A DNA stretch of 64,000 nt. It comes from the human T2T-CHM13v2.0 reference genome, Homo sapiens. A program made the position numbers and the translations under genes. The notes under the pieces are model-generated. The model was not told where the DNA came from. It saw nothing but the letters and a program-made list of their open reading frames with translations, and did no database searches. Below, in pieces: positions 1 through 13,440 of this stretch (within the stretch, counting starts at the first letter, position 1; each line of letters opens with the position of its first letter). The stretch is taken from the NCBI RefSeq assembly GCF_009914755.1, contig NC_060929.1; one strand, written 5' to 3'.

Positions 1-148
1 TGGCACGCGCCTGTAATCCCAGATATCAGGAGGCTGAGGGAGGAGAATCTCTTGAACACAGGAGGTGGAGGTTGCAGTGAGCCGAGATCAAGCCGTTGCT
101 CTCCAGCCTGGGCAACAAAGCAAGACTTCATCTCAAAGAAGAAGAAAG
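1..148 (+). mobile_element. Alu (right arm, cut by the window edge)
   Basis: CCTGTAATCCCAG...GGAGGCTGAGG...GTTGCAGTGAGCCGAGATC...CAGCCTGGGCAACA, then an A-rich tail. Confidence 0.9.
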
Positions 149-282
149 TAGAGCCTTCAGAGGGTGCATGGCCCTGCTGACACTTTGATGGTAGAGTTCT
201 GACCTCCAGAGAGAGGATACATCTGTGCTGTCTGAGGCCACCAAGTGCATGGTCATTTGTTATGGTCGCTGCAAGAAACAGA
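149..282 (+). mobile_element. MLT1 (MaLR) LTR 3' fragment
   Basis: AGAGCCTTCAGAGGG...GGCCCTGCTGACAC...GGTCATTTGTTATGG...GCAAGAAAC, typical of MLT1 3' ends. Confidence 0.7.
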
Positions 283-2166
283 GCTCCTGCCCGTCTCTGT
301 ACAGCTGTCCTCCTTGCTTTCTGCATACACAGAGCAGGCTGTGTCCAAGGAAAGAGGCCTTCCTCTTGCTTCTTTTTTGTTGAACACTGTTGCTTGGAAA
401 TCTTTCCCGTAGGCAGTGGCCACGGTCTTCTGAATGCTTGCATAGTATTCCAGCCTATGGGGTATCCTGTTCATTGGCCCCGAACGCCTCACTGGTGATG
501 CTGGGGTCGCTTCCAGTCATCCGCTTCCACAGACAGTGCTGCAAAGGGCATCTTCCCCGCACAGGTGTGTGCGTGCCTGTGCAAACACGCTTGCGAGGCC
601 AGTTCCCACAAGTGGAATTGTCACATCAGAGTGTGCGCATTTCACGGTGTTAAAGGCATCGCCAAATTGCCCTCTGAGGAGGTTATACCACAGACTCCTC
701 TTTAAAAGTACATTTTTTTTCCTCGTTATAAAAGTAGTCTTTTAGTAGGATTCTTCAGTGTGATTTGATGACACCCTGTAACTGAAATCTTTTCTGGCAG
801 AACATAGTCAATGGGAAAATAACATCAATTACCTGGAATTTTCCTGCCAGCCTGGCTGGCTTGCCCCTCTCCTGTCAAATAGGGGGTTCTTGTGTTAGGC
901 GCCTGTTTTTCCTTCAGGTGGTCTCTGTCTGGGCTCTGAGGCAGGGTGCGAGGACGGGGCTCTTTGGAGCTGGCCAGCCCCCCTCGCGTCAATGACTAAT
1001 CCCAGCCTCCCCCATGTTCCCTCCGTGAGGAGAAGAGGAAGGGAAACAGAAAGTCATTTCCCCCATCTGGATAGTCCTATATTTAATGTCGAATGTCTAA
1101 TGTGTCCTCGTTCTTCCTGTTCTTGACCAGCCTTTGGCTAAGAGAGACGTTCCCTGCTGCTCGAAGGTGGAAGGAAGGGTCGCCACCCACGGGCAGAGGG
1201 GGCTTCTCTTCTCCCCTCTGGGCCTGGATCGGCTGCCGGGACAGATAACCTCCTGTGTGGCGTGCCCACCCCTGGTGAGGCCCCCACAGTGGCTTTAGGG
1301 CTGGAGGGGCCCCTGAAGGCCAGCTTGTCCAGCACCTGGTTTTAGGGATGGGCAAACTGTGGCGCAGCAAACGAGTTCATTTGTCCGAGGCCACATCCCC
1401 AAGGGCCCCCAATCACCTGCTGTGAAAGGGGTTGAGCTCCTTCCAAGAGATAAAGGCCTGGATGTGAGCCCTGCCCCCCTTCTCCAGCCCATCTCCTGTC
1501 ATTCCCTGCCTCACCTGAATGGCTGGGACAGCTCAAGCGGACTTGACCTTGGTTGGCGGCTGCTCCCGCCTGCCCATAGCCCCACACACTAGTCCCACGC
1601 TGTGCCTCAATTCCAGCCCACACTCACGCCAACCTCCCTCCTCCTCAGTTTGCTGGTCAGCTCCTTCTCATTCATGATGACTCAGCTCAGACACCCCATC
1701 CTCCAGGAAGCCTGTCCTGGTTTCCTCGAGCTGGGTTCCTTGACTCTTCTTGGTGCCTAAGCACATCTCTGTTACCTCTTGCCACATTCCTCGTGGTTCG
1801 TTTGAGGCCCGTCTTCCCACCAACACCACACAGAGCTTTTTGAGGGCTGAGAATAAACCCAAGTCATCTACGTCTCTCCAGGAACACGTGTTTATTAAAT
1901 GAATGAATGAATGAATGAATGAACGAACAAACCAGAAGCTGGGTGACGGTCGCTGTCATGGAGTAGAAAGAAAGACTCTTGGGTTAGGGATCGGGACACC
2001 TGGATCTCTGCTGCTTATTATTTGTAAATCACTGGGCAAGCCTCTTACCTTCTAAGGCCTCAGTTTCCTCATCTGTAAAAGGGTACAATTTGGCTGTGTG
2101 TCAGTCAGCTGTTGCTATGTAGCAAACAACCACAAACTCTCAGAGGCAAACGGCAATAAACTTCGT

Positions 2167-2786
<620 letters not shown>

Positions 2787-3267
2787 TGTGACTCCTACGT
2801 GTGCAGACTGCCTGGATGTTGGCAGCCCAGCCTGGGCTGCGCTGGGAGGGCGGTTGGGTCTGGCTCTGCTCCATTGTGTTTCTCATTTTTCTTGGACCAG
2901 TGGGGTGCCAGGCCGTGTCTTATGGTTATACCCAAAGTTAAAGGTCGAGGGGAACATGCAGCTCCTCGGGGGAGAAACTGCAAAGGGTATGGATACAGAG
3001 AGGGGTAAAAAATCGAGACCAATAAATCAAGCTACCCCTGACTCTGTGTTGCTGAGGTGGTCCAATCAGCCCTTCCCCCTCTTCTGTGGCTGCCCTGAGT
3101 CCTCCTGTCTGGGGAACTTCCCTAACCCCCATCTTCTTTCCGGTCAGCCTGGGCCCAGGTCTCTCCCCATGGAAATTCTGGGAGCACAGTTTTGTGTCTT
3201 CTCTCCCAGCTCAGTCTGCAGTTTCCGCCCTGTACAAAACCTCCACTAAAATGTGCTCGCTCCTTCA

Positions 3268-3849
<582 letters not shown>

Positions 3850-3905
3850 CTACTAGTGGTGGGATCCAGGAAGGAAATATAAGGCAGTGAAGGGACTGGG
3901 TGAGT

Positions 3906-4310
3906 GTGACAGGTTGAATTGAACTGTGCCCCCCAAAAAAGGTAGGCTAGAGTTCTAAGCCCTAGCACCTCAGCAGGTGACCTTATTTGGAGACAGGGTC
4001 CTTCCAGAAGTCATCAAGTTAAGGCGAGGTGACTAAGGCGGCCCCGATACAATGTGACTGGTATCTATAAAAAAGGAGAATTTGGACAAGACAGACAAAC
4101 ACAGGGGCAGATCATGTCAGACCACAGGGAGAATACCATCTACAACAATGCCTGAGGCTGCCAGAATCAAGAGCAGAGGCGTGGAACAGACTCCCCCTCA
4201 CAGCCTTCAGAAGGAACCAACCCTGATGCCTAGATCCTGAACTTCACATTTCTGTCTTTTAGCCCCCTAGTTTGTGGTACGTTGTTACTAGGCAGCCCTG
4301 GGAAATTAAT
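3906..4310 (+). mobile_element. MLT1B/C-like solo LTR
   Basis: TGTGACAGGTTGAATTG...GTGACCTTATTTGGA...CAGCCTTCAGAAGGAACCAACCCTG...TTTGTGGTACGTTGTTAC. Confidence 0.75.
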
Positions 4311-4626
4311 GCGGTGAGGGGTGGGGAGGACACCAAGCGGAACATTAGCACAGCCAGGGAATGGTATCTGGGTGGCAATAGGGAGCGGTGGGGACTCTGG
4401 CAAACTGGAGAGCCCATAGCCCAGTGGAAGCCGGCTCCAGCTGGTTGTTGCCGCGTGGGATTGCAAGCCTGAGCTTCAGACTCTCTAAAGAACCTGGAAA
4501 TCTAGATTTGTATGTGAAATCATGAAATCACCTCATCTTTTAATGTTGGCTAAAAATACAAAAGAAAACAAAAATCTGTGGGACAAAATTGGCTGGAAGG
4601 CTGCCAGTCTGTGATTTTGGGCTTAC

Positions 4627-5149
<523 letters not shown>

Positions 5150-6059
5150 CTTAGTTAAGAAATTTAACCCCTTCATCTTGCAGGAAACAACCTTGGCAAT
5201 GAGGCTTCTGCTTTCTCATCCATCACACACTCTCACCACCCCTGGCCACCCCTCCCCAAATACACACACACGTTACTCTCCAGCAATAATGAACTACTTT
5301 AGTTCCCAGAGCAGTCCGTGCACATATGGGCTATATGTTCATCTGTGCCATCTACGCTGGCCCCTGGAAGGGTCCCATCTCCACTTGTCTGCCTGGCAAA
5401 CCCTTCTAGCCTCGGCTCCAATGCTGCTTCTTTCATGTAGTCCTCCTGGGTTGCTCCTCCCACACTCCATTCATAGATTCTCCTAAAGCATCCATCTTGT
5501 TCTTGCTTGTGGAGTCCTGTGTCCTTGGGAGACCATAAGCATCTTGACAGCAGGGCAGGGTCTTCTCAGCTCTGCCTCAGTGGCAGCCTTAAGCAGTGTG
5601 GGCCCAGTTCCATAGGCAGGAACTCAGGGAGCAGAGACTTCTGAAGGAGGGAGTGAAACAGTGGAGGTAGCAGAGATGGTATTGATGGCATGGTGCCCAC
5701 TCATCTGCAGGAGTTGCAGCCTCCCAGGCACTCCACAGCACTCCAGATGCTCCCTAGAAGGGAGGCAAGCTCCTGGCCTGTTCTCCCTCCAGAGTTGCGA
5801 GCTGTTTCCCAGCGTGCAGGAGACATAGTGTCGGGGTGTTCGTGCTCTGCCAGCTATAACCTCCAGCAGAGAACCAAAGCGAGAGCGTAAAGCCCATCTC
5901 CACCACAGTAGGAGACACTCGGAGCCTGGCTGAGTATGTTCTACTGGTAAGAACTCATTCATTCATTCATTCACTTACATATTTCCATGCACAACTCCGT
6001 AAAAAGCAATGTTTTGGTACAGCACAGAAAACAAATGTGATTAAGGTGCTGCCCCTGAA

Positions 6060-6460
6060 CTGAATTGTGCCCCCCATTTTTCACTCTCCCCGCATTCATC
6101 CTTGCCACAGCCTTGTGGAAGGTAGATTGCACTTTGAACTTGGCCATGGAACTTGCGTCGGCCAGTGGCAGATGAGTGGAAGTGACAGCTCAGAAGCACA
6201 CCTCAGGAGGTACCGTGTGTTTTCTCTCACCTTTGCTGTGGGCCTTTGTCATTGCCTGGGAAGATCCCACCAGCTGGCCCACTGGTCCAAGGAAGATGAG
6301 AAACTCATGACCCACAGTGAGACGCAGAGATAGCCAGCAGCCCCGCCCCAGTCAGCTGGGCACAAGCTGATCCACAGATGCACGCATGATGAGCAATAGC
6401 TGTTGCGTCAAGTCGCTGAAATGTTGGGGTGCGTTGTTACACAGCAGTAGACAACCCAAA
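6060..6460 (+). mobile_element. Old MLT1 (H/I-like) LTR
   Basis: TTGGCCATGGAACTTGCGTCGGCCAGTGG...GGAAGTGAC...GGGGTGCGTTGTTACACAGCA. Confidence 0.5.
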
Positions 6461-6553
6461 CAGTTCCTGTCCTCAAGAAGCCTCCACAGTAGGAGAACTA
6501 ACCCAGACCCCAGAACATAAGGCAGGTGGGCCCATTGTTCTCCGTGTGGCACC

Positions 6554-7056
6554 TGTGACAGGCAGAATAATGCCCCCTTCCAAAGTGTCCATGTCCTAAT
6601 TCCTGGAACCTGTGAATATGTTGGCTACAAGGAAAGGGAGGATTCAGGTTGCAGATGGAATTAAGGCTGTTAATCAATTTACCTTAAACTAAGATAACGC
6701 TGGATTATCTGGGTGGGGCCACAGTATCACAGGGTCCTTAAGTGGGGAAGAGGGAAGCAGAGAAGAGTCAGAACCAGGGAGACGGTGTTGCAGGACTCAG
6801 CTGGCCATGGCTGGCTTTAAAGAGGGAAGTGGCCACGAGCCAGGGAAGGCAGGCAGCTTCCAGAGGCAGGAAGAGTCAAGGAAACAGATCCTCCCCTGGA
6901 GCCTCTAGAAGGAATGCAAGCCTGCCGACGCCCTGATGGTAGCCCAGTGAGATGCATTTTGGACTTGGTCTCCAGAACGGCGGGATAAGAAACGTGTGCT
7001 TTTCTAAGCCACCGAGTTTGTGGTATTGTTATGGCAGCAAGTGGAAGCAAATACAG
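6554..7056 (+). mobile_element. MLT1D-like solo LTR
   Basis: TGTGACAGGCAGAATAATG...CCATGTCCTAATTCCTGGAACCTGTGAATATG...GCAGATGGAATTAAGG...AAGCCACCGAGTTTGTGGTATTGTTATGGCAGC. Confidence 0.8.
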
Positions 7057-8919
7057 CACCCTCCCCACTCCAGTGCCCCCCAGCCCTTCTCTCTCTGGCT
7101 CTGAGCCTGGAAGGCTGACCTTCCTTGACTGCAAACCAGGCTCCTCGGTGCTGTGGCTTACAGTTGGGGCCAGCCAATGGGTAGCACCCACAGGAAACTG
7201 GAAGGTGGAAGGAGGGGCCGGGGCATCTCTTCCCCACTCTGTCCCCACCTGGGTTGTGGTTCTAACAGTAGCTGTGTCGTCTGAATGCTCTTCTACTTCC
7301 AGCCAAGGTCACAACACAGTGGCATTCTGGGTGGCTTGTCCCTGGTGCTTCCACACCCCTGTGGCTTCTCTTATAGCCCTGCCTGCACCTATGTAATTAG
7401 ACCCTTCATTAAGCTCTCCTCAAATCCCAGCTGAGCAGCCTTCCATCTCCTGCCAGAAACCCGCCTGATACACGGGATATGATCATAAGAAAAAAAAAAA
7501 AACAGCTGCTGATCAGCTTGTACAGGGAGGCACAGGCATTCTTCAGGACGGAGGGCTCTGTGTGTGGCATCTACAGTGTCTCCATGAGCAGGAAGGGGAA
7601 CAGGGCTCTTGGAGCTGGGAAAGGGGTCTGGGCTTGGAGCCAGACACAGGGGTGTGGACTCTTGACCCTCTTCCTATTATTACGTGACCTTGGGCGACTC
7701 GCCTGACCTCTCTGAGAGCTTGTTTGCCTATTCCTAGAATGGGCAGGGACGGGTATATCACCCAGGAGACGCGAGGAGTGACATGGCCGGCACGTGTTGG
7801 GAGACGGATGAATGGTGGCTGTCGGCCAGGGGGGCATTCCAGGGGACAGAGCAGAGCGAGCTCGACAGGCAATTGTCGGACGTGCTTGGGGAGCTGTGAG
7901 CAGCTGAGTGCCTGGAATAGTAAGACAGGCTCCAGAAAGAGATGCAGGGACATGGAGCCCAGAAAGCATTTTGATCAGGGCAGAAACTCTGGATTCCATT
8001 CACTTGGCAGTAGGTTGCCATCGAGGGTCTTGGAGCTGGGGAGCGACACAGAGTCTAAGTGATGCAGGAGGGAGAGAGAGAGGGAAAGGGAGAGAATGAA
8101 AGAATGAGAGAGAGAGAGAGAGAGAAGAATGTAGAAGGTTAAGGATCTTTGGCAATTTCCTTTGGAGAAATTTTCAAAGCCATCTGTGTCTTGTTTCTTT
8201 TGTGTGGAAAGGGGAAATAGAGGGAAACAGAACTCTAGAATCAATTTACCGACAACTTGGGCCCTGACAGTAATTATTTTCTTGAGTAGCGGGTCTTCCA
8301 GCTTGAAATCTTTGCCAACTAGTGTTCCGGAGTGGGCTGGTAATAGGCAGGGTGCCCGTGTTAAATGCTCAGTGAGGAGGACATTCCCATCATGGTCTAT
8401 GGGATGGCGCTCCCTGGAGTGGTGCAGGATGCGGCCTGTGCGCTGCACCTGGAGACCCCAAGAGCAGGAAGGATGGCTTAGGGGTCCTGACGCATGGCTC
8501 CTGCTCTGCCGGAAGCCCCCACTGTCTTCTTCTCTGGCCATGGCGGTGGGATGGATGGCAGGTCAGCCTCCCAGCTTCCGCTAACTGAAGGTGCCCCCTG
8601 TTTTTACCTCTGACAGGAAAGGGAGGGGAAACCTGAGCCAGTCAACAAAGTCAAACATAGCCACCTGCAAATGTAGCTGGAAGCCGTCCATCACCTTAGT
8701 TACGGCGTGTACCAAAGAGGCAAGGTGAGAGTACCATCCTATCTCCCCTGGCTTCTCAGAGTCTGGCCTGCACAGAGGGGAGGGGCCCGTCTTCTCTCAT
8801 AGTCTGTTACATCCTGTTTTTAAAATCTTGTGTACTCTAACATTCATAAACGACTTTGGCATCCTGTAAAATGTCATCATTTTTAAAAAATGACTAATTT
8901 CAAATCCTTTCCTACATTA

Positions 8920-9400
8920 GTACTTTATTGTTTGAAAGAGTCAAAAACCCAACTCAAACTGGCTCAAGAAAACAGGGAACTGGGAAATTCAAGGGCATGA
9001 ACCACAGCATGAGGCACAGCTGGATTCAGGCGTAAAAGCACTGTTATTGGGGCTCTGCTCCCCACCACATCCTGCTGTTTCCCATGCATTGGCTTCATTC
9101 TTTGACAGCCTCTTTCACCATGGAGGTTCCCAGCAGCTCCAGCTTTACATCATACAGGTCAAGCAGCCCCACAGGAAAGACAGGGCCTCATTCTTCACAG
9201 ATATGATCAATGTCCCAGAATGGAGTCCTCTTGCCTGGCCAGGGACAGGTGTCCTCCCGGACATCACTGTATCAGGGATGGCACGCTCTGGGTGGCCAAG
9301 CCTTGGCTAGGTGTCTGTCCCAGTCCGTGATCCCCGAGAGGGGTGGTTCCAGGGAAAAAGTACCCAGGAAGAGGAGGACAGATGCTGAGGCCACCACGGG
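8920..9400. mobile_element. Old MLT1 (J/K/L-like) LTR; related copies at ~10170-11250, 14380-14880, 22310-22860, 31660-32200 and 45910-46350
   Basis: Shared AAACCCAACTCAAACTGGCT...AGGCACAGCTGGAT(C/T)CAGG...TGATTGGCC pattern. Confidence 0.5.
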
Positions 9401-9455
9401 GCAGGGGCCACCATACACTTGTTCCTCATTTCCCATTTCATTTTCTTTTCTTATC

Positions 9456-9457
<2 letters not shown>

Positions 9458-9496
<39 letters not shown>

Positions 9497-9772
9497 CAAG
9501 ATCTCCCTCTGTTGCCCAGGCTGGAATGCAGTGGTTCAAGCTCCTTGCAGTCTTGAACTCCTGGGCTCAAGCAATTCTCCCACCTCAGCCGCTAAGTAGC
9601 TGAGACTACAAGCACACACCACTATGCCCAGCTAATTTTTTAGTTTTTATTTTTGTAGAGACAGGGTCTCACCATGTTGCCCAGGCTGGTCTCAAACTCC
9701 TGGGCTCAAGCCATCCAACTGCTGGGCCTCCCAAAGTGTTGGGACTACAGGTGTGAGCCACCGCGCCTGGCC
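9458..9772 (-). mobile_element. AluJ-like element with a (CA)n microsatellite in place of the A tail
   Basis: (TG)n at 9458-9495 directly precedes reverse Alu sequence (CTCCTGGGCTCAAGC occurs twice). Confidence 0.85.
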
Positions 9773-10256
9773 CTTTTCGTTTTCAATAGCCCAATGTGCC
9801 ATCTAATATTGGAATGTATGTGCAAACAACATTCACCACTGAAAACATAAAACTGTAGACCTGACTCTATTGGCTCGATTCCTGCTCACTTTCTTGGGAG
9901 CCAGTGTCTGGGGAAAAGTCATGATATGGACCTTCAGAGGCCTGGTCAGAGTGACTCGGACCCTTCTGCTTAATGCAATGTCCCCAGAGCAACAGACAGC
10001 AGAGCCTGAACAGAGCAAAAAGATCTAGCCCTTTGCTTATAGAGGGAGTAAATTCACAGAGGCGAGAGACTCAGGCCCAGGCAGGTTCTGGGCCTCCTCA
10101 GTGGGAAGGAACTGGGGAGAGGCCATTACCCTGTGAGCTGGGTCCCTAAACAGGAGGTCTGGCCACATTAGAACCTTTTGGTTGTGAGAGACAGAAACTA
10201 AACTCAGACTGGACGAGGCAAAATATAAATGCTGAAATAATTATTATAATCACAAT

Positions 10257-10969
<713 letters not shown>

Positions 10970-12576
10970 TCAGCTGCATTCTCTAGTCTTTGGCAACGTC
11001 AGGTTCACCCCCACCCCAGCTCAGCAATTCCAGTAAAAGGCTAGGGCCTTCTTACAATCCCAGGATTTGCCTTGATTCGACTTTACCTGAACAGCTTCAA
11101 ACCACTCTCAGTAACCAGGGTGATGGGCTCTACTGATTGGCCAGACATAGGGTATGTGCCCACCCCTCTGAGTGAGCGAGCAGCTTCTTCCAAAGCTCAG
11201 GGACTGAGCAAGGGGGAGGAGGAGTCCCACTGAGCAGGACGATGCCTGCAGGAAAAAACAACAGCTGTCCCCTACTTGGGGAGGGAGTTGGGGGGCGCTG
11301 GAAGCACAGAAGGCAGTGAGTGCCAAGCAGAGAGGAAGGCTGCTGCTGGGGGAGGAGTCCCAGGGAGGAGTGGGGGATGTGGGGTGGAGGAGACTGGCTG
11401 GACTTGGGCCTGGGGAGCAGGTTATGGGGTCACAGAGGGCAGGTTTCCTCCCCTGCAGAGCCGATGGGCAGCCCTGCGGGCAGGCAGAGGGAGAAGCTGG
11501 GGTCCATGGCCCGAAGCGCAGCTTGTTGCTGCTCGGGAGAAGAAGCCCTGTCTGGGACCTACAGGGACAGACCCCTTACCCGCGGTGCCTCTCCAGACTC
11601 AGAGTCTGACACCTGCCCCTCTGGCAGACGCGATCTCCACTGTGCTGGGAAGCTGCTGCTGGCTTCCGTGTCTTCCTGGGGTTGCCCCAGATGGCCAGGA
11701 GGTGAAAAGGACACTCACTTTCTCATAGGGGATTCAGGGCTGCTGCTCCAAAGCCCCCCAGACTGGCTTTGTGAGAGTCAAGCATTGCCCAAGGGCGCAC
11801 CTGAATCTGGCCCTCTTAGGGGGGCCGAGACGCAGCGTGAAGCGGGCAGAGGCCGTCTTGGCTCCCAGGGGCTTGCCTTCTAATGAAGCCAAAGCCAGGT
11901 GCTTTTCCTTCCCTCTTGGGCTCCACACTGGGTCTGGCTCAGGCACGGGCCCTCAGGAAATGTAGGTGGGGAGGCCAGTGATTCGGGAGGAAAATGGACC
12001 CCCCCTGCCCTCGGGGAGAGGTGCTGCTTTCAGTACGGTCCTGCCTCCATCTGGCTGGGTGACCTTCACTTAGTCACAAACCCTCTCTAGGCTCCCAGGT
12101 TCCTCATCTGTCAAATGAGGAGGCTGCAGCAGCCGGGCCCCAAGGCACCATTGGCTCTAGCATCCTTTGGCTCCCTGGCCAGGCATCCCCACTGAAGGCA
12201 CCTGGGCTCCAGCAGCCATACCTGGCTCCCATCCCTTCCCCCAGGGAGCCCCGGCTTCCACCCGTGGGTCCCCCTTGGTGCCCTGCGAGGAACCAGGCTG
12301 GGCCGGGGCAGCGGGAAGAGGTATTCAAGGAGCCATAATTATTGTAAAGAGGAGAGTTTAAGTGTTTAGTTTTATGAGGCAGCCGGCCCTCTCTGTCAGC
12401 AGAAAGCCACGCGGCTCCCTGGGTGTGAGTTAATTTCCTCCGTGGCTCGTTTCCTCGGCCGTCGTCATTTTTCCTCAGCTGCTTTATGGCTTTTGGAGCA
12501 GTGTGTGGGGGCAGCAGCTTTGCCCACTGGAGCAGGAAGCCCCCCACTCCTCCACGCCAGAGCCCAAAGGGCAGCC

Positions 12577-12595
12577 AGGCCTGCAGGGGGCAGTG
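12577..12595 (+). promoter_or_regulatory. CTCF motif candidate
   Basis: AGGCCTGCAGGGGGCAGTG fits the CTCF core CC(A/T)GCAGGGGGC(A/G). Confidence 0.45.
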
Positions 12596-12751
12596 GGGCC
12601 ACTGAATCTTGCACCGGAGGTGGCAGGCTGGGCATGAGAAGCAATGAGGCTGGGCCGGTTGTCCCTGTGCAGGCCCCTGCCCCTGGCACCTCCCTAAGGA
12701 GCTAGCAAAGAACAGGTCTAAATTAAATGATGGTCAGGCTGGTCAGGCCAG

Positions 12752-13440
12752 CCTTGCTGCCATCCGGAGTGTCCCCATCACACAGCCATGCGCTTTGCCC
12801 TCCGGCTCATGGCGAGCACGGTAGGGGAGAATGCAACAGCTTTGGCCTTAGACAGACCTGGATTCAAATCTCAACCTCATCAATATACCGTGCCACTGGG
12901 CCAAGTGACTTACCCCTGGGCTGCCATTTCTTCGTACCTAATATCCATAGCACCTGCTTGGTGGTGCTGAGGGGCTGGAGCATGGTAATATATGCAAAAC
13001 ACCTGGCACAGAGACACCATTCCCCAAAGGTCAGCTCGCTTCCCCAACCCATGCTGTCTCTCTAAATGATTCGCCCATGTCCTCTGTGGGCCATGGGGAA
13101 ATCATCCGCAAGCCAAGGAAGAGTGGGGTTCCTGAGTGCGCAACCAGATGACCTCTAAGAGATGCCATGGTCCACATTTGGGGAGCGGAGTCTGTGTACC
13201 AGGTGGTTTGCATGATCATGCTCCAACCCCACTGAGCAGGTGTTGTGGACACCCCCATTCTGCAGACAAAGAAATGGCAGCCCAGGGAAAGTCGCTTGGT
13301 CCAGGTGACATGGTCATGATGAAGCTGGGATTTGAATCCAGGTGGCCAAAGAGCCACCTCTCTCCCACATCAGGCCTTGCCATGCACATGATGTTATCCC
13401 AACAAGGACCCATGGGGACCCCCCAAACAGCTTTGCAAGG
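12752..13440. repeat. Long imperfect inverted repeat (fold-back) with one MIR in each arm
   Basis: Perfect complementary blocks 12856-12870/13329-13343 (15 bp) and 12914-12932/13269-13287 (19 bp); central hairpin 13066-13083/13088-13105. Confidence 0.75.
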
